From Lama glama (Eukaryota): a DNA stretch of 64,000 nucleotides. Position numbers and translations under genes: made by a program. The stretch covers positions 23,562,001-23,626,000 of the forward strand of contig CM052816.1 of assembly GCA_028534125.1 (NCBI GenBank). Direction: 5' to 3'. Within the stretch, counting starts at the first letter, position 1; every line of letters starts with the position of its first letter. Of this stretch, positions 13,326 through 24,975 are shown in pieces. Below the pieces are notes generated by a model that saw nothing but the letters and a program-made list of their open reading frames with translations, was not told the origin of the DNA and searched no databases.

Positions 13326-14754
13326 GCAAGATTAAATAAGTTATAAATATTAGTTGGACGCATCTTGCTGCAATATCTGCATTTTACTTTACTGTTTCTC
13401 ATAAAAAATTAAATAATTCACTTGGATACTTTCCTATAAAGGTTAAGTATGGGAAGGAGTTAATGTCATTCGGATTTTTAAAAAATAATTTTGTCTTTAT
13501 TTCTTTTCTTAGCTACTGCATAAGAAATAAAGTTCCATAAGATGGGAGAAACAGGTAAAATTTAAATACTTATCTGTCTTTTTTCTTTGAATTTATGGAA
13601 AATTCACAATTTAAAAAAATCCTGCAAGAAAACAAATATGCAGCAACAATATCTATACTAAGTTTAAACTTTTCCATAATATTATCCTAGGTCTCATACT
13701 GTTTATCACAGTGCAGTAACACTAGATCCCAACCTAATAAGCCATAATATCTTAAGTAAACACCACCACACAACCTAGAATTTGAGTATACATTAATCAT
13801 AGTTTACACAAATTGTTTAATATCGTCCATATTTACATGAATGACTAGTAGAATAAATATCTTCCACATTCAAAGAATTTATCTTTATCCTTAAAAGAAA
13901 CTCAGTTTTTCCAGTCTCAACCTAATACTTTAAAATTCTAATTTTTTAGAGTTTAACTTATTCATGCCAATGTGCATCTCCAGATAAAAAGGAAAAGCAG
14001 TAAGTTTATCCTAAACTGGAGTTTAAATTCTGTATTTCCACTGTTAAAAAACTAAACAACATCAATAAAGAGAAAGCTTCCTTTCCCTGCATCCTTGCCT
14101 CTAATCCACTGCCCTTCTACTGTTCTCATTTTTCCAAGGAGAAAATTTTCATATATTTGCATAAGCATATTTGGATATATGCTTTAGCTTTTTTATTAAA
14201 AAATAATGCTTACACATGGCAAAACTGAAAGACTACAAAAGCATATACAAACATAGGCTTCTTTCCATAAACAGACTCCAAGTCCCTTTCCAAAAAAAAC
14301 TGAGTTTATACATGTGTAACTGTATATGGGTATATGTGTTAGATGTGTGTATAAGAGATGTGTGCAGATACAGACACGGATGTAGTGATAGGAAGAGAGA
14401 ATATATTGGGTTAATTTAGGTGAATAGGAGAAGAATATATTAACTGTTTTAGACGTTGCATTTCTCCTTAATAACAACCTTTCCAAATCAGCACACAGAA
14501 AGTGACATTATTTTTAACTCGTGAATTGCAGAATGATATCTTAATTAATCCAACCCTACTGATGAACACTTCGGTTTTCTCAAGTCTTTTATCATGACAG
14601 ACAGGGCATCAATAGACAGAGTTCTAAGTATATCTTTGTATACATGAAGTATATATTGCCAAACTGCCCTGCAAAGAAGTCTGAACAGTTTTGACAATAT
14701 CTTCCCACTCACGTCGTCTGGATGTTGTATATTCGCAAACATTTTTCTGTGAGA

Positions 14755-15140
14755 AGTAGTTTAGTACAATTACGTACAGTTCAAACTCTAGTGACTGCAT
14801 GGATGCAAAATGAATCCAACCACTCATCAGCTATGCGTCTTTGGGCAAGATCCTTAACTTCTCTTTGCCTCAGTTCCCTTGTTTGTAAAACACTTCAATC
14901 CATCAACATTTATAGCGTACATATTCTGAGGTAGGGACTGTTACCAGTACTAAGGATCCAACAGTGAACAAAACAGAACATGGATACACCTGTATCCATG
15001 AATGTTAAACTCTAGAGGGGAATAATAAATAACTACCCCTTAGGGTTCTGTGAGGGTTAAATCAATAGATTCTATGTAAAGCACTTAAAACAGTGTCTGG
15101 CACATGGTAAATGCTCAGTAAACATTTACTATTGTTATTT
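14755..15140 (+). mobile_element. MIR SINE split by an L2 fragment
   Basis: The 5' half ends ttgggcaagatccttaacttctctttgcctcagttcccttgtttgtaaaa (14890). The 3' half resumes at ~15021 with aataataaataactaccccttagggttctgtgagggttaaa...gtaaagcacttaaaacagtgtctggcacatggtaaatgctcagtaaa. Confidence 0.85.
14891..15020 (-). mobile_element. L2a-like 3' end fragment nested in MIR
   Basis: catcaacatttatagcgtacatattctgaggtagggactgtt...ggatccaacagtgaacaaaacaga...catgaatgttaaactctagagggg matches the antisense L2a terminus. Confidence 0.75.
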
Positions 15141-15201
15141 GTTATCATTACTACTGCTGCATTAGTATCATCAATATTATTTGAACAAAAGAAATAATAA
15201 T

Positions 15202-15332
15202 ATTTTTCTTTTTTAGGGGGGAGGTAATTAGGTTTATTTATTTTTATTTATTTTTTAATGGAGGTACTGGATTGAACTCAGGACCTTGTGCAGGCTAAGC
15301 ACACACTCTACCACTGGGCTACACCCTCCCCC
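15202..15332 (-). mobile_element. Camelid tRNA-derived SINE (Vic-1-type)
   Basis: Minus strand reads GGGGAGGGTGTAGCCCAGTGGTAGAGTGTGTGCTTAGCCTGCACAAGGTCCTGAGTTCAATCCAGTACCTCCATTAAAAAATAAA...TAAACCTAATTACCTCCCCCC followed by an A-rich tail. Pol III A box ~15311-15323, B box 15269-15279. Confidence 0.9.
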
Positions 15333-16339
15333 ATTAATTTCTCAATGATTTAATTTCTACTTTAATAATTTTACCAATATTGAATGTATGTTCATAAAGT
15401 TTAAAACATCTGCATTTCTTTTGTTCAAGCTTCTGGCTTTATGCCTTAGCTCATCTTTCTACTGCGTAGTGGACTTCTCCGAATACTTTGTAAAAGCACT
15501 GTATACATATAAAAAGTTATCCTTTATATGACATCATTTACCATGTAGAAACATAAATATTTTAAATCTTTAAATGGAGCAATCAGGAGATTTAGATTTG
15601 ATGTTGACTTCATTAATCCAAGATTACTATTTTTAAAAAGCTCTTATTTTATCCTGGAATGTTAATAGCCTTGCATTTTAAAAAATTTTCCTAAAAGATG
15701 TAAATTTCAGTTTGCAGACTCAGGAGTGTAGAAAGTATAATTTTACTTTTCCTTGACTCAATTTTTAATTTGGATCCTTACCCCACTTGGTTGGAAGGAA
15801 ACCTAAAGTCAGTCTGTTTCTTTCTCTTTAGTGTCCTTGAGATTGCGAAAGGCTCTAAGAACTCTCACCAGGACAAAATTCAGGAAGACAGTCCATACCA
15901 TCTATTTATGTGTTCAAACGAGGTGTGCCCCTCCATCAACACAGCAATTCAGAACCCACGGCTTTAAAAATGCCCTGCTTAGGACACAGGACTCTTTTGT
16001 TTTAAAACTACCCATTACCTCATCTCCTAGAGGCACTCCCCAGGCATTTCCTCCCTGGGGTCCTGCCGCCTGGCTAAGGGCACATCTCCTTCCTTGGCCC
16101 ACCTTCTCTCAGTCCTCGAGAATCTCTCTCTAGTTTGGGATGACCTGCACTAACCCATGATTCTGTCCCAGACATTTTATCAATCCGAATCCAAAGCTTA
16201 GTTTTTCACAAACAAAGCCAGAATTTCTGTCTGACCCAGCTCCATCCCTTTCCTTATGCCATGAGCAGGAAAGCTGACTAAATACTTAAGTAGGGCAATA
16301 GGAGAGGAGGGAACACAAGTAGGAAAAGAATACATGGAG

Positions 16340-17492
16340 CTGGATATTCAGTCGGAAAGCCATAGAAATCAACCCCAGCTACATTAGGCAGGAAAATAAT
16401 TTTTTAAAAGGATATTGGTTAACTTCTCATTTCCAGGAAAGCTAGAGGACCTAGAATGGAAATTCAGCAATGTCTAAAATCAGGCCAGGGTGCTAGAGCA
16501 CTGGAAACATCACTGCTGCCTCCACTATGCCCCACTCCAAAGCTTATACGGTCACATGACTGACCCCTGGACATCCCCACTACACCATCTGTTCTGACTG
16601 CTGTGTTGAAAAATGGAAGTCACTGCCACAACCACTGCCGGAGTCCAGCCCCAGCGGGTTCAGGAACCTGAGGGAGGAGTAGCGTCGGCGCGAAGAAAGA
16701 CACACTTCAGCAGCTCATGGCAGCAGGTTCTCCGCCAGTTTTACTCATGTTGTGGTATTTATACTTATGCTTACAAGCACTTGCAGTTTCAAAGTACAGA
16801 GGGGGAAGTACAGTACTAACAATTTCAGTCTTTGTTACGCTTCCGTGGTTAGCTCTTCCGGAACAGTTCAAACAATCTGCGCCTTCACTGTCCTTTTACT
16901 TGTTCCATTTGGCCGCTTCAATGTTCATGAGGATCTTGATTTAATCTTGTTCTCTTCCCATTAACTCTGTTGTACCAGAACGTTCAGACTGACCAATTTC
17001 CCTTTATTCTTTTTGGCTCTGAGAATTTTTAAGATTATATTGACCTAGACAGACCATTCTCAAATAGCTGATTAACAGGTTGACATCAGAATTCTTTGAA
17101 ACCTGATTTAAACTTTACTTAACCTATTCAGTTAGAATCCTCCCTTCAAGATACGCAACAATAACTATGGCAGCACCATGGAACATTAGATGGTCTGGTG
17201 GCCGGGCTCCCGACAAACCACTACCATGTAGTTGACTGTACTGAAAATATACCTATTGGTTGACTTGCCTCTTTATGTCACATACAATTGAATGGACATC
17301 CACTTTTGGTGATCGACTGGTGGAGCTTAAGTCATGGGCCATCAATGAAAAGGAAACAGCCAAGGAGAGTGCTTGGCATTTTGGCTTTAGTAGGGGTCAG
17401 TCATCTCTGACACAGAAAGTGATGGGTTGCTCAAACATACGATGGAGATTTATATGATTGGCTGGCACTCCATAAAATGATATGTGTCTACG
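16340..17492 (-). mobile_element. MLT1K-like MaLR LTR, interrupted by the solo LTR at 16636-17215
   Basis: The left piece agaaatcaaccccagctacattaggcaggaaaataattttttaaaaggatattgg and the right piece gagagtgcttggcattttggcttt...ctcaaacatacgatggag...atgtgtctac match the two halves of remembered MLT1K/J consensus. Confidence 0.6.
16636..17215 (-). mobile_element. Solo LTR, ERV class II (ERVK/betaretrovirus-like), 580 bp, 6-bp TSD
   Basis: TG...CA termini (minus strand starts TGTCGGGAGCCCGG and ends GGGGCTGGACTCCGGCA). Exact TSD aaccac at 16630-16635 and 17216-17221. Minus-strand TATAAATA at 16763-16756 and AGTAAA at 16745-16740. Confidence 0.9.
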
Positions 17493-18770
17493 ATATTCCC
17501 TTACCTTTGGCTGTCCAAAATAAGCAAGCTTATTTGTTCTTCTAAGCAAAACGAATTCAGTCCTGCCAAACTCCAGAAGTCCTTATGTAACAACAACAAA
17601 AGTGCAGGCAACCCTTCTCTAAGACGTAATTCAAATATTATCAGTTAGTGCCTCCAGATCCAAGTCCAGGATCTCTGGGAGACACACATTCCTCCTATGG
17701 TGCCATCACACTTCCACATGAGTATTCTTTTATATAGAGAGCAAGTAATCTATTTCACCTCCACCATCATAATCTAAAAGAAAAGAAAAAACCACATATG
17801 TGATACATATATGAAGATAGATAGACAGATATGATATATATGAAGAAAATGCAAGTATCTTCAACTGGTACAGAGGCCTGTTGGGGTATTTATGATTTCC
17901 CCTCTCTACTACCCATTATATGATCTTTTACTTCAGTCAGTCCCTCAGCTGACTGGGGTTCTGAATCTGGCACCATTCAGTCAACAGTCATTCCTGAGAG
18001 ATCTCAGCTCTTGTAGGTTCTGCTGTGGTTACTATAGTTTCCATTAACTTTTACCACTGGACCTAGAGGCCTCAGGTTAGCCGCTGGTTTCATCCACACT
18101 TTGCCTTGCAACCAGAACACAATTGCCCTTGAATTGTCAGGGTCGATCACCTCAGTCAATACACTGCCCCTTTTATCTATTCTCCCAGCGTCAGGACAGC
18201 CTGAAATGAACAAATGGCAATATCAGCTTCTAATTCAGTGGACACGTCTTCAGATCTCCTGGTGAAAGCATCTTTCGTTTGGGTAATAAGACCTCTAAGC
18301 GAGCAGAGCCCACGTCACAGGACAAGTTTTGCAAGTGGGTCATACACACAGTTGTGAGTGGTGCCTCTTTCACTTCCTCACTTTCAGTTCCAATTCTTTA
18401 TGTATTATGGCCATGTGTTGGTCAACAGCTCAGAGCATGTTTTTACCACATTCCCTGGAGAGCCCTTAATCATCAAGATACAGTCTGCCACTAAGTACAC
18501 GAAACTGTCTTCAATTCGTCATTTCAAACGTCCAAATGATTATAGTGGTAGCTGTATTCTGGTATTAAGAGTACATAGGAAAATCAGTAAGTTCTATGAA
18601 CTTCAGTCCACTGCTATATGATATATACAAATTGAGTTCATTGCTCAGCAACAGTTTTATATATCCATGGATGATGGTGTTGGAGAAGCATGGTGAGCAG
18701 GAAATACAAATTCAAATTTAGAATGTGTTTATTTTAATGTAGAATAATAGCTGTCCTCTCCATGATGGGA
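17493..18770 (-). mobile_element. ERV-L/MaLR internal remnant (3' pol/dUTPase-like region) adjoining the MLT1 LTR
   Basis: ORF 18004-18213(-) has KRGSVLTEVIDPDNSRAI...PVVKVNG, resembling ERV-L KKGVTVLAGVIDPDYQGEI...PVIKVNG. Orientation agrees with the adjacent LTR. Confidence 0.7.
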
Positions 18771-18829
18771 AAAGGTGGGGAGCCACAAGAGAATAAATAT
18801 TTTCTAGAGTTCCTAACTTCAAGTACTAT

Positions 18830-19330
18830 AGTATTTTAGTTAATCTGGAATGTATTTTGATTTAGGAAGTTGAAATCCAGTTTTATTCTTTTCTAAATAG
18901 TCGTCACAATAGCATTTTTTATGTAATTAATTTTTCACTAATGATTAGAAATTCTACTATCATATACTAAATTTCCATATGTATATACTTTTATTTCTTT
19001 ATTTGTTATTGAGTTCCAACTATTTAATTATTTCTTAATGAGCCAGGGATAAATGTTTTTAACAAATACAGATTTGTAATCTCTCTTACACATGATAGAA
19101 ATATTCACTAATTTCATTATTAGTATTTTATATAATTTTGTTGTCTTTTCTTATGTGTTTAACTTTAGAATCAGTTTTGCTACTCTCAAAAATTTCTGCC
19201 TGTATATGTATTCGTATCACATTAAATTTACAGATTTATGAAGTTTGGTAGACTTGACATCTATAAAATACTGCATCTTTCTACCCAAGAAAAGGGAATG
19301 CCTTTCATTAATTCATGTCCATATAGTGAA
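18830..19330 (-). mobile_element. Old L1M fragment
   Basis: Antisense L1 ORF2-like aactttagaatcagttttgc...cattaaatttacagattt...ttgacatctataaaatactgcatctttctacccaaga. Confidence 0.6.
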
Positions 19331-20489
19331 CAATGGGATGTCTTTCCTTTTTACCTGCCCCATTTAAGCTGAGTCTTGTAGGAGTTTTGAAGGTGAAGTC
19401 GAGATTGTGAAGATGGCTCTTCAGGATGAGTCACCAGTGGATACAATCAGAAGTCTAAGAGCAAGGCCTGTTTGAAGAACAGTGAGGCACCAATGTAGAA
19501 CATAGGGGAAAGAATCACAAAAGACCTACTGTGCCAAATTATGGAGTATATCATACCAACCAGATGCAAGATTTTTTTTTTCTGTTGTTGAATCAACAGG
19601 TTTTAAAAACAACAGGATATGGAGAGGAAGGAAAATGGAAGCTGAGAATGACAACAAAGACTCTAGTTTAAGGAATGAGGGTTAATCTAGTAGTCATTTT
19701 TTAAAGTTCTTTTGGCAATTATCTATTCTTAGGAATTAGAACCAAAAAAGAAGATAGTATAATGAGGGAATTTTAATTTTTTCTCCTTTAGAAAATGAAA
19801 GCAAGGGCCATAACAATATACAAAGTTCAGATAACTGAAATTTCGGTCCCCAAATGTGTATGAATAAACAGTAATATTTTCCTGGTCAACATGATACAGA
19901 AGGGACTAGGTTCTAATTTACTAATATTTTCTCTCTAATGAAGATACAGAAATTGGTAATAGTTCGCTTCACTAGCTGGGCTTTGGGAGGAAATTAGTTA
20001 ATGAGAGATGAAACCTGACTTCTTTCCAAAGACTAGTAAAATACTTCAAGAGAAGCAATAAATGAGTAGCCAATTCATGTGTGATGACAGGAACTTGGTG
20101 GAAAAGCACTTTTAAAAACCTAAGCTCTGGTCACAGCCTGGGGTTGCTGTAGTACTATTTAACCCTACATCCAAGATATTTTCTGGGAATGGAAAGAAGC
20201 CTGAAGGGGTTACAGAAAAAGAGATGGCTGATGCTTTTTGTGTTTTGGGTACTAGAATCTGATTGTCATTTAGGGACATGGACCCCAAAATAATTGTATT
20301 TCCAAAATTCCCAAAAATAGGTCTTGATTTTTTAAATCTTCTTTTTCTCTTTGTATTTAATTCTCCTGAATCTTGAAGATGAGAATTAAAATTTTTACAA
20401 ATAGGATTTTTGCAAATCAGTAAGTTCAGCCCATTAAAAAGCCATCTGCAAAGTGAGTAATGCTATTAACCAAGACAACTAAACAAGAA

Positions 20490-20750
20490 TTCTAAGGAGA
20501 AGATAATGTGTTTAGCTTTGGATGTGCTGTGGTTGAGAGGTCTGATGCAGACTGAGATGAAGATTTCTAATAGGAGACACGGAATGTGGCTCAGGATCAC
20601 AAGAGGATATTCAGAGCAGAGTTACGTTCGTGCATCACTGTCACAACAGAAGTCCCGGACGTGGTGCCAGTCACCCAGAGGAGGTTTGCAGATCCAGACT
20701 GAACTAGGACCAAGGAGAAAACTCTGAAAATCACCTAAATTTAAACTCGA
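20490..20750 (-). mobile_element. L2 fragment
   Basis: gtttagctttggatgtgctgtggttgagaggtctg resembles the antisense L2 body. Confidence 0.45.
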
Positions 20751-20989
20751 AGATTAACTGGAATATGATCCAGAGAGGAAGATTAAATGTGAAAAGATAA
20801 AAGACTAAAATTTGGAATCCTTATAATGTCTCCAGAGAGACTCATGTTTGGTATATGTTATTTGTGAGGTTTTTTTTACACAGTATGTGCGTAGGAAAAT
20901 GGGATGTGAGTACTACTTACAGATTAAGTCCCAGAAATTTGACTGTGGATGCATACCAAACACATTAGCATTAAAAAATAAAATGTAGT

Positions 20990-22560
20990 AATACATTTAA
21001 TAAAAGAAGGGTAAGACTTTTACACTGAAAACTGCAAAACACTTTTGGAAGAAATAAAAGATCTAAATAAATAAAAATACAGTTCACGTTCATGGATCAA
21101 AAACTTTCATTAATGTCAAACCAAACAGGGGATAGGATACGGCCAGACTGCTCACTATAATCACTATTATTCAATACCACATTATGATCTTTGCCAATAA
21201 AATGAAACGCTGTGTATACACACATACACATACACACATACACAAGAAATAAAGAGCACCAACTTTACTCACAAATGATATGATCACAAAAAATATTCAA
21301 TAGGCTACATGAAAAAAATTAGAGACGATGCTAGACACAAGACTTAAAACAAATACATAAATAAATATTCTTCCAACCTACCAGAAATAAGAAAATATAG
21401 CTGAAGTATTAAGAAATCTGAGGATTTACTTAGAAATAATATAACAGAAGTTAGAAAAGGGATTAGTGGCAAAAAATTATCAAACCATACTAAAGACATA
21501 AAAGAAGACTTCAAGCACTATCATAAAGAAATCAGTCTCTCCTAAATAAACTCACAAACTGTCACAGTTCTAACTAAAAGTATCAACAAGATTTTGCACA
21601 ATGAACTTAAACTGCTTCCTGTGGAATAGACTAGAGGCCTCAAACACAGACCCAGGCATACACTGTGTATTCAGTTAAAGAAGAGATGTTACTTTATATC
21701 AACTGGGGATGGAATAAATGATACTGACTTTTCATACAGATACATTTAGACGTCTAGCTCACCAACAAAATTCAGATGCAATTAAGGCCTACATCTGAGA
21801 AACAACATAAATTTTAGGAAAAACTATAAAAAATATCTCTGACTACGTGTACGGTAGGTTTTTCCAAACAACACACACAAAAGTTATAAAAAGACATCCA
21901 AAGATTTCACTACACCAATGTAAAAAACTTAAATATGTTTAAAGATGGCATAAATAATGTTAAAAGATAGGTCACAATCTAAAAATATATAGAACCAAAC
22001 CCAACTCATCAATTAGGAGGAGACAAACAACCTGTATCAAAAAGGTGAAAGGATTTAGACTAATGGTCTCAATTTAGGCTCTGAAAGAAAAATAAACAAT
22101 TGAAACAACGTTTAACATCATTATTATTCAAGGAAATTCAAACTTTACAACAAGTAAGGGCCATTTAACACCACTGGCAGAAACTACAGCCTAACGTCAT
22201 CAAACATTGGTTAAAACTCTCATTTAGCTCATGGTAAAAAACAAACAAACCGGTCCGGCCTCTTTGAAATACAATTTGGCACTACCTGGGAAAACGTAAA
22301 ATGGACACGACCTATGACAGAGCAACCAAACCACTGAAGTGACAAAGAGGAACTTATTGGCTAACAGAAATTGAAACATCCAGACTTCAGGGATGCAACC
22401 AGGATTAAACACGGCCAAGAGGGAAGAGCTCTCCGCCCTCTGAGTAGTGTCTTTCGCAGTGTAGACTCCTTCTCCACACAGGGTCTTTGCCAGGGGACAA
22501 GAAATGTACTGACACTTGCAGTAAACAAAGGGCTGCTCTCTCCCGCAGTGGCTGCGGCAG
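20990..22560 (+). mobile_element. Old L1M (L1ME-like) ORF2 3' and 3'UTR fragments
   Basis: A-rich strand with gacttttacactgaaaactgcaaaacacttttggaagaaataaaagatctaaataaa and further degenerate L1 ORF2 segments. Confidence 0.65.
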
Positions 22561-22594
22561 TAGTCCTCAAGCGTAGTCCAAGGCAAGGGACGTG

Positions 22595-22755
22595 GTAGGG
22601 TAAACAACTTGTCCCAGGTGGCTTAGGACTTTCCCGATTTTAGCCCTAAAAGTCCTGCATCTCAGGAACCCACTCAAACCAGAATGGTCTGCCCAGGACT
22701 GTCTCAGTTTTAAAAGTGAAAGTTCAGTGTCAAACTAGGACTGCTGGTCAGCGTA
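22595..22755. mobile_element. MER81-like hAT-Blackjack MITE with a duplicated core
   Basis: tagggtaaacaacttgtcccaggtggcttaggactttcccgattttagccctaaaagtcc, followed by a second copy ggtctgcccaggactgtctcagttttaaaagtgaaagt...caaactaggactgctggtca. Confidence 0.7.
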
Positions 22756-24090
22756 TGAGATGGGGACATGTGAATGCAGCCCTGCCTACATGGAGATGGA
22801 CACTGAGTTTATTAAAGAAAAATAGGCCAGGCAGATGGAGTTTAAATGCCCATAGGGGATTTGGGGTGCCTGTATTGTTGTGCTCACTCAACCCCATCTG
22901 GCTGCAGGCAAGAAACACTGCAGCTAAAAAAATAATAATAATGCACTGAACAAAAGTGAGGATTTTCAGCAGCTTTGGCCTTCTTTTCTCTACTGGAGTA
23001 TGAGCTGTAACTTATATATACACATTTGCCATATATTCTCGTATCTCTTCTGGTTTACTTGTTATTTATGAAATTTACCTAAAGATGTCATGGGATGAAT
23101 CAGGGTTTTTTTGTTTGTTTTTGCCTTCCATTGTTAATTCCAGGTTTCACTCACGCAGTGGTGCAAATTAAGGTCGAGTCCTATTCTCCATTCTGGCTTC
23201 ATAGCAGATTTTTCTCTAGGTAACTGTTTTCCATTAAACTTAGGTCAGTGAAGACTAAATTTTACTGTCTGCATTAACAGAGCTAGTTGTCATTGCTGAA
23301 ATCTAACGAACCCTGCTTCTAAGAACCTCGGCCTGCCTGCCTGGTTTCTCTGACCTCCGTCTTCTTCCTCGTGCTTGGAGGAAAGCCCGGCACGAGATGT
23401 GGGGTGCTGCTGGAGTGATGAGGTCCTCGTCTCCCTGCAGCATCAGCCTGACAACAAAGCACGGCTCACCAAAGTCTGCAGGAACTGCATGCTCTAGACT
23501 TTAAAGAAAAGAAGTTGGAGGTGCAAATGAGGCAATCAAAGAATTGTTTGCAGAGCTAAAAATCAGACAGTGGATGGCAAATGTCTCTAACCAGCTGGAT
23601 TTAGTAAATACGAGAAACAGCATGAGTTTACTTACCTTTATTGTAAGCCACGAGAATGCCTTGGCTTTTTGAGAGCCTGGCAAAGTTTCTTAAATAAACT
23701 GTGTTTCATTAAAATTCACTTCTAAGAACCATAGGTAAGTGTTTGTTTCAAGACTGCAAAGTTATTCCTCCTCCGATTGCGACTAGTAAACTTGAAGCCT
23801 CATTGAACATCAGCGACACTGAATAATTGATTGCAATTTTCATTTTAAACTGATTGATGGAAAATAGAATTTCTTTCAAAAAATTACTAAAATAAATACT
23901 GTCTACTCAGGAGTTAGCCCTGAATAATGATAGAAAACTATCTTGCAGTTTCAGTTGATTATAAACTTGATGTGAGTCACATAGCGATGTGATTGTTAGA
24001 ATTAGGCTATGAAGGTGACTGCATTGGGAGCAATGGACACTTTTGTGACAGAGACTCACCTCTCTTGCTCCACCTAGAAGTCATCTGCTC

Positions 24091-24593
24091 TGTGGTAGGC
24101 AGAATAACAACGCATCGCCTACCCAAGATGCCTATACTCTAATCCTTGGAATCAGTGAATATGTCACCTTACATGGCAAAAAGGATTTTGCAGATGTGAT
24201 GAAGATGAAGGAATCTGAGATAAGATGATCCTCAGTCATCTGTGTGGGCTCAATTTAATTGCATGAGTTCTTAAAAGCTGAGACCCTTTCTTGACTATAG
24301 TCAGAGAGAGAGAGAGAAACAGAAGAAGGGTCGGAAATGTTGTACTGCCGGCTTTGAAGAGGAGAAAGAGACCATAAGCCAAGGAATGCAGGCAGCGTCT
24401 AGAAGTTGGAAAGGACAAGAAAATGGATGCTTTCCTGGAGCCTCCAAAGGTGCACAGCTCTGCCTACAGTTTGATTGTAGTTTTGTGAGACTCACAGACT
24501 TCTGACCTAAAGCAGTTTCAGTTAATACATTTGTGTCATTTTAAGCCACCAACTATGTGGTGACTTGTTACAGCAGCAGTAAGAAACCAATAT
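24091..24593 (+). mobile_element. MLT1D/E-like MaLR solo LTR with 5-bp TSD
   Basis: Starts tgtggtaggcagaataa and contains gaatatgtcaccttacatggcaaaaaggattttgcagatgtgat. Ends ttgttacagcagcagtaagaaaccaatat. The pentamer tgctc flanks both sides (24086-24090, 24594-24598). Confidence 0.9.
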
Positions 24594-24799
24594 TGCTCTT
24601 ACTAAATCTTAATAAAATCAATATTGTGCGACCTATAAATCTGCCAATTTTTATGAGACCTTTTTCCCTTTCTTCTCTTCAAACATCTAACCTTAGAACA
24701 GGGTTACCACAGTATGAAAAATAAGTGGGAGGCTTCTCCACATTTCCAATGTCCTTACACTTAAAGGGGGTGGAAAGGAATAAATTGGGAGTTTGAAAT

Positions 24800-24975
24800 T
24801 TGCACCTCCTGAGGAGTGATGGAAATGTTAGGTATCTTGATTGTGGCGCTGGTTTGATAGGTGGGTATACATCTATCAAAATTCATCAAACTGTACATCT
24901 GAAATATGCTGTAGTTTACTGAACAGAAATTATACTACAAAGTTGTTTAAATAAAAAACAACAACAAAAAAATAA
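24800..24975 (+). mobile_element. L1M 3' terminus
   Basis: gtgatggaaatgttaggtatcttgattgtgg...tcaaaattcatcaaactgtacatctgaaat followed by an A-rich tail. Confidence 0.8.

Noticed and set aside
15260..15332. Possible tRNA gene on the minus strand
   Set aside because: The tRNA-like head continues into a SINE-specific tail and A-rich end and lacks a proper acceptor stem, so it is a SINE.
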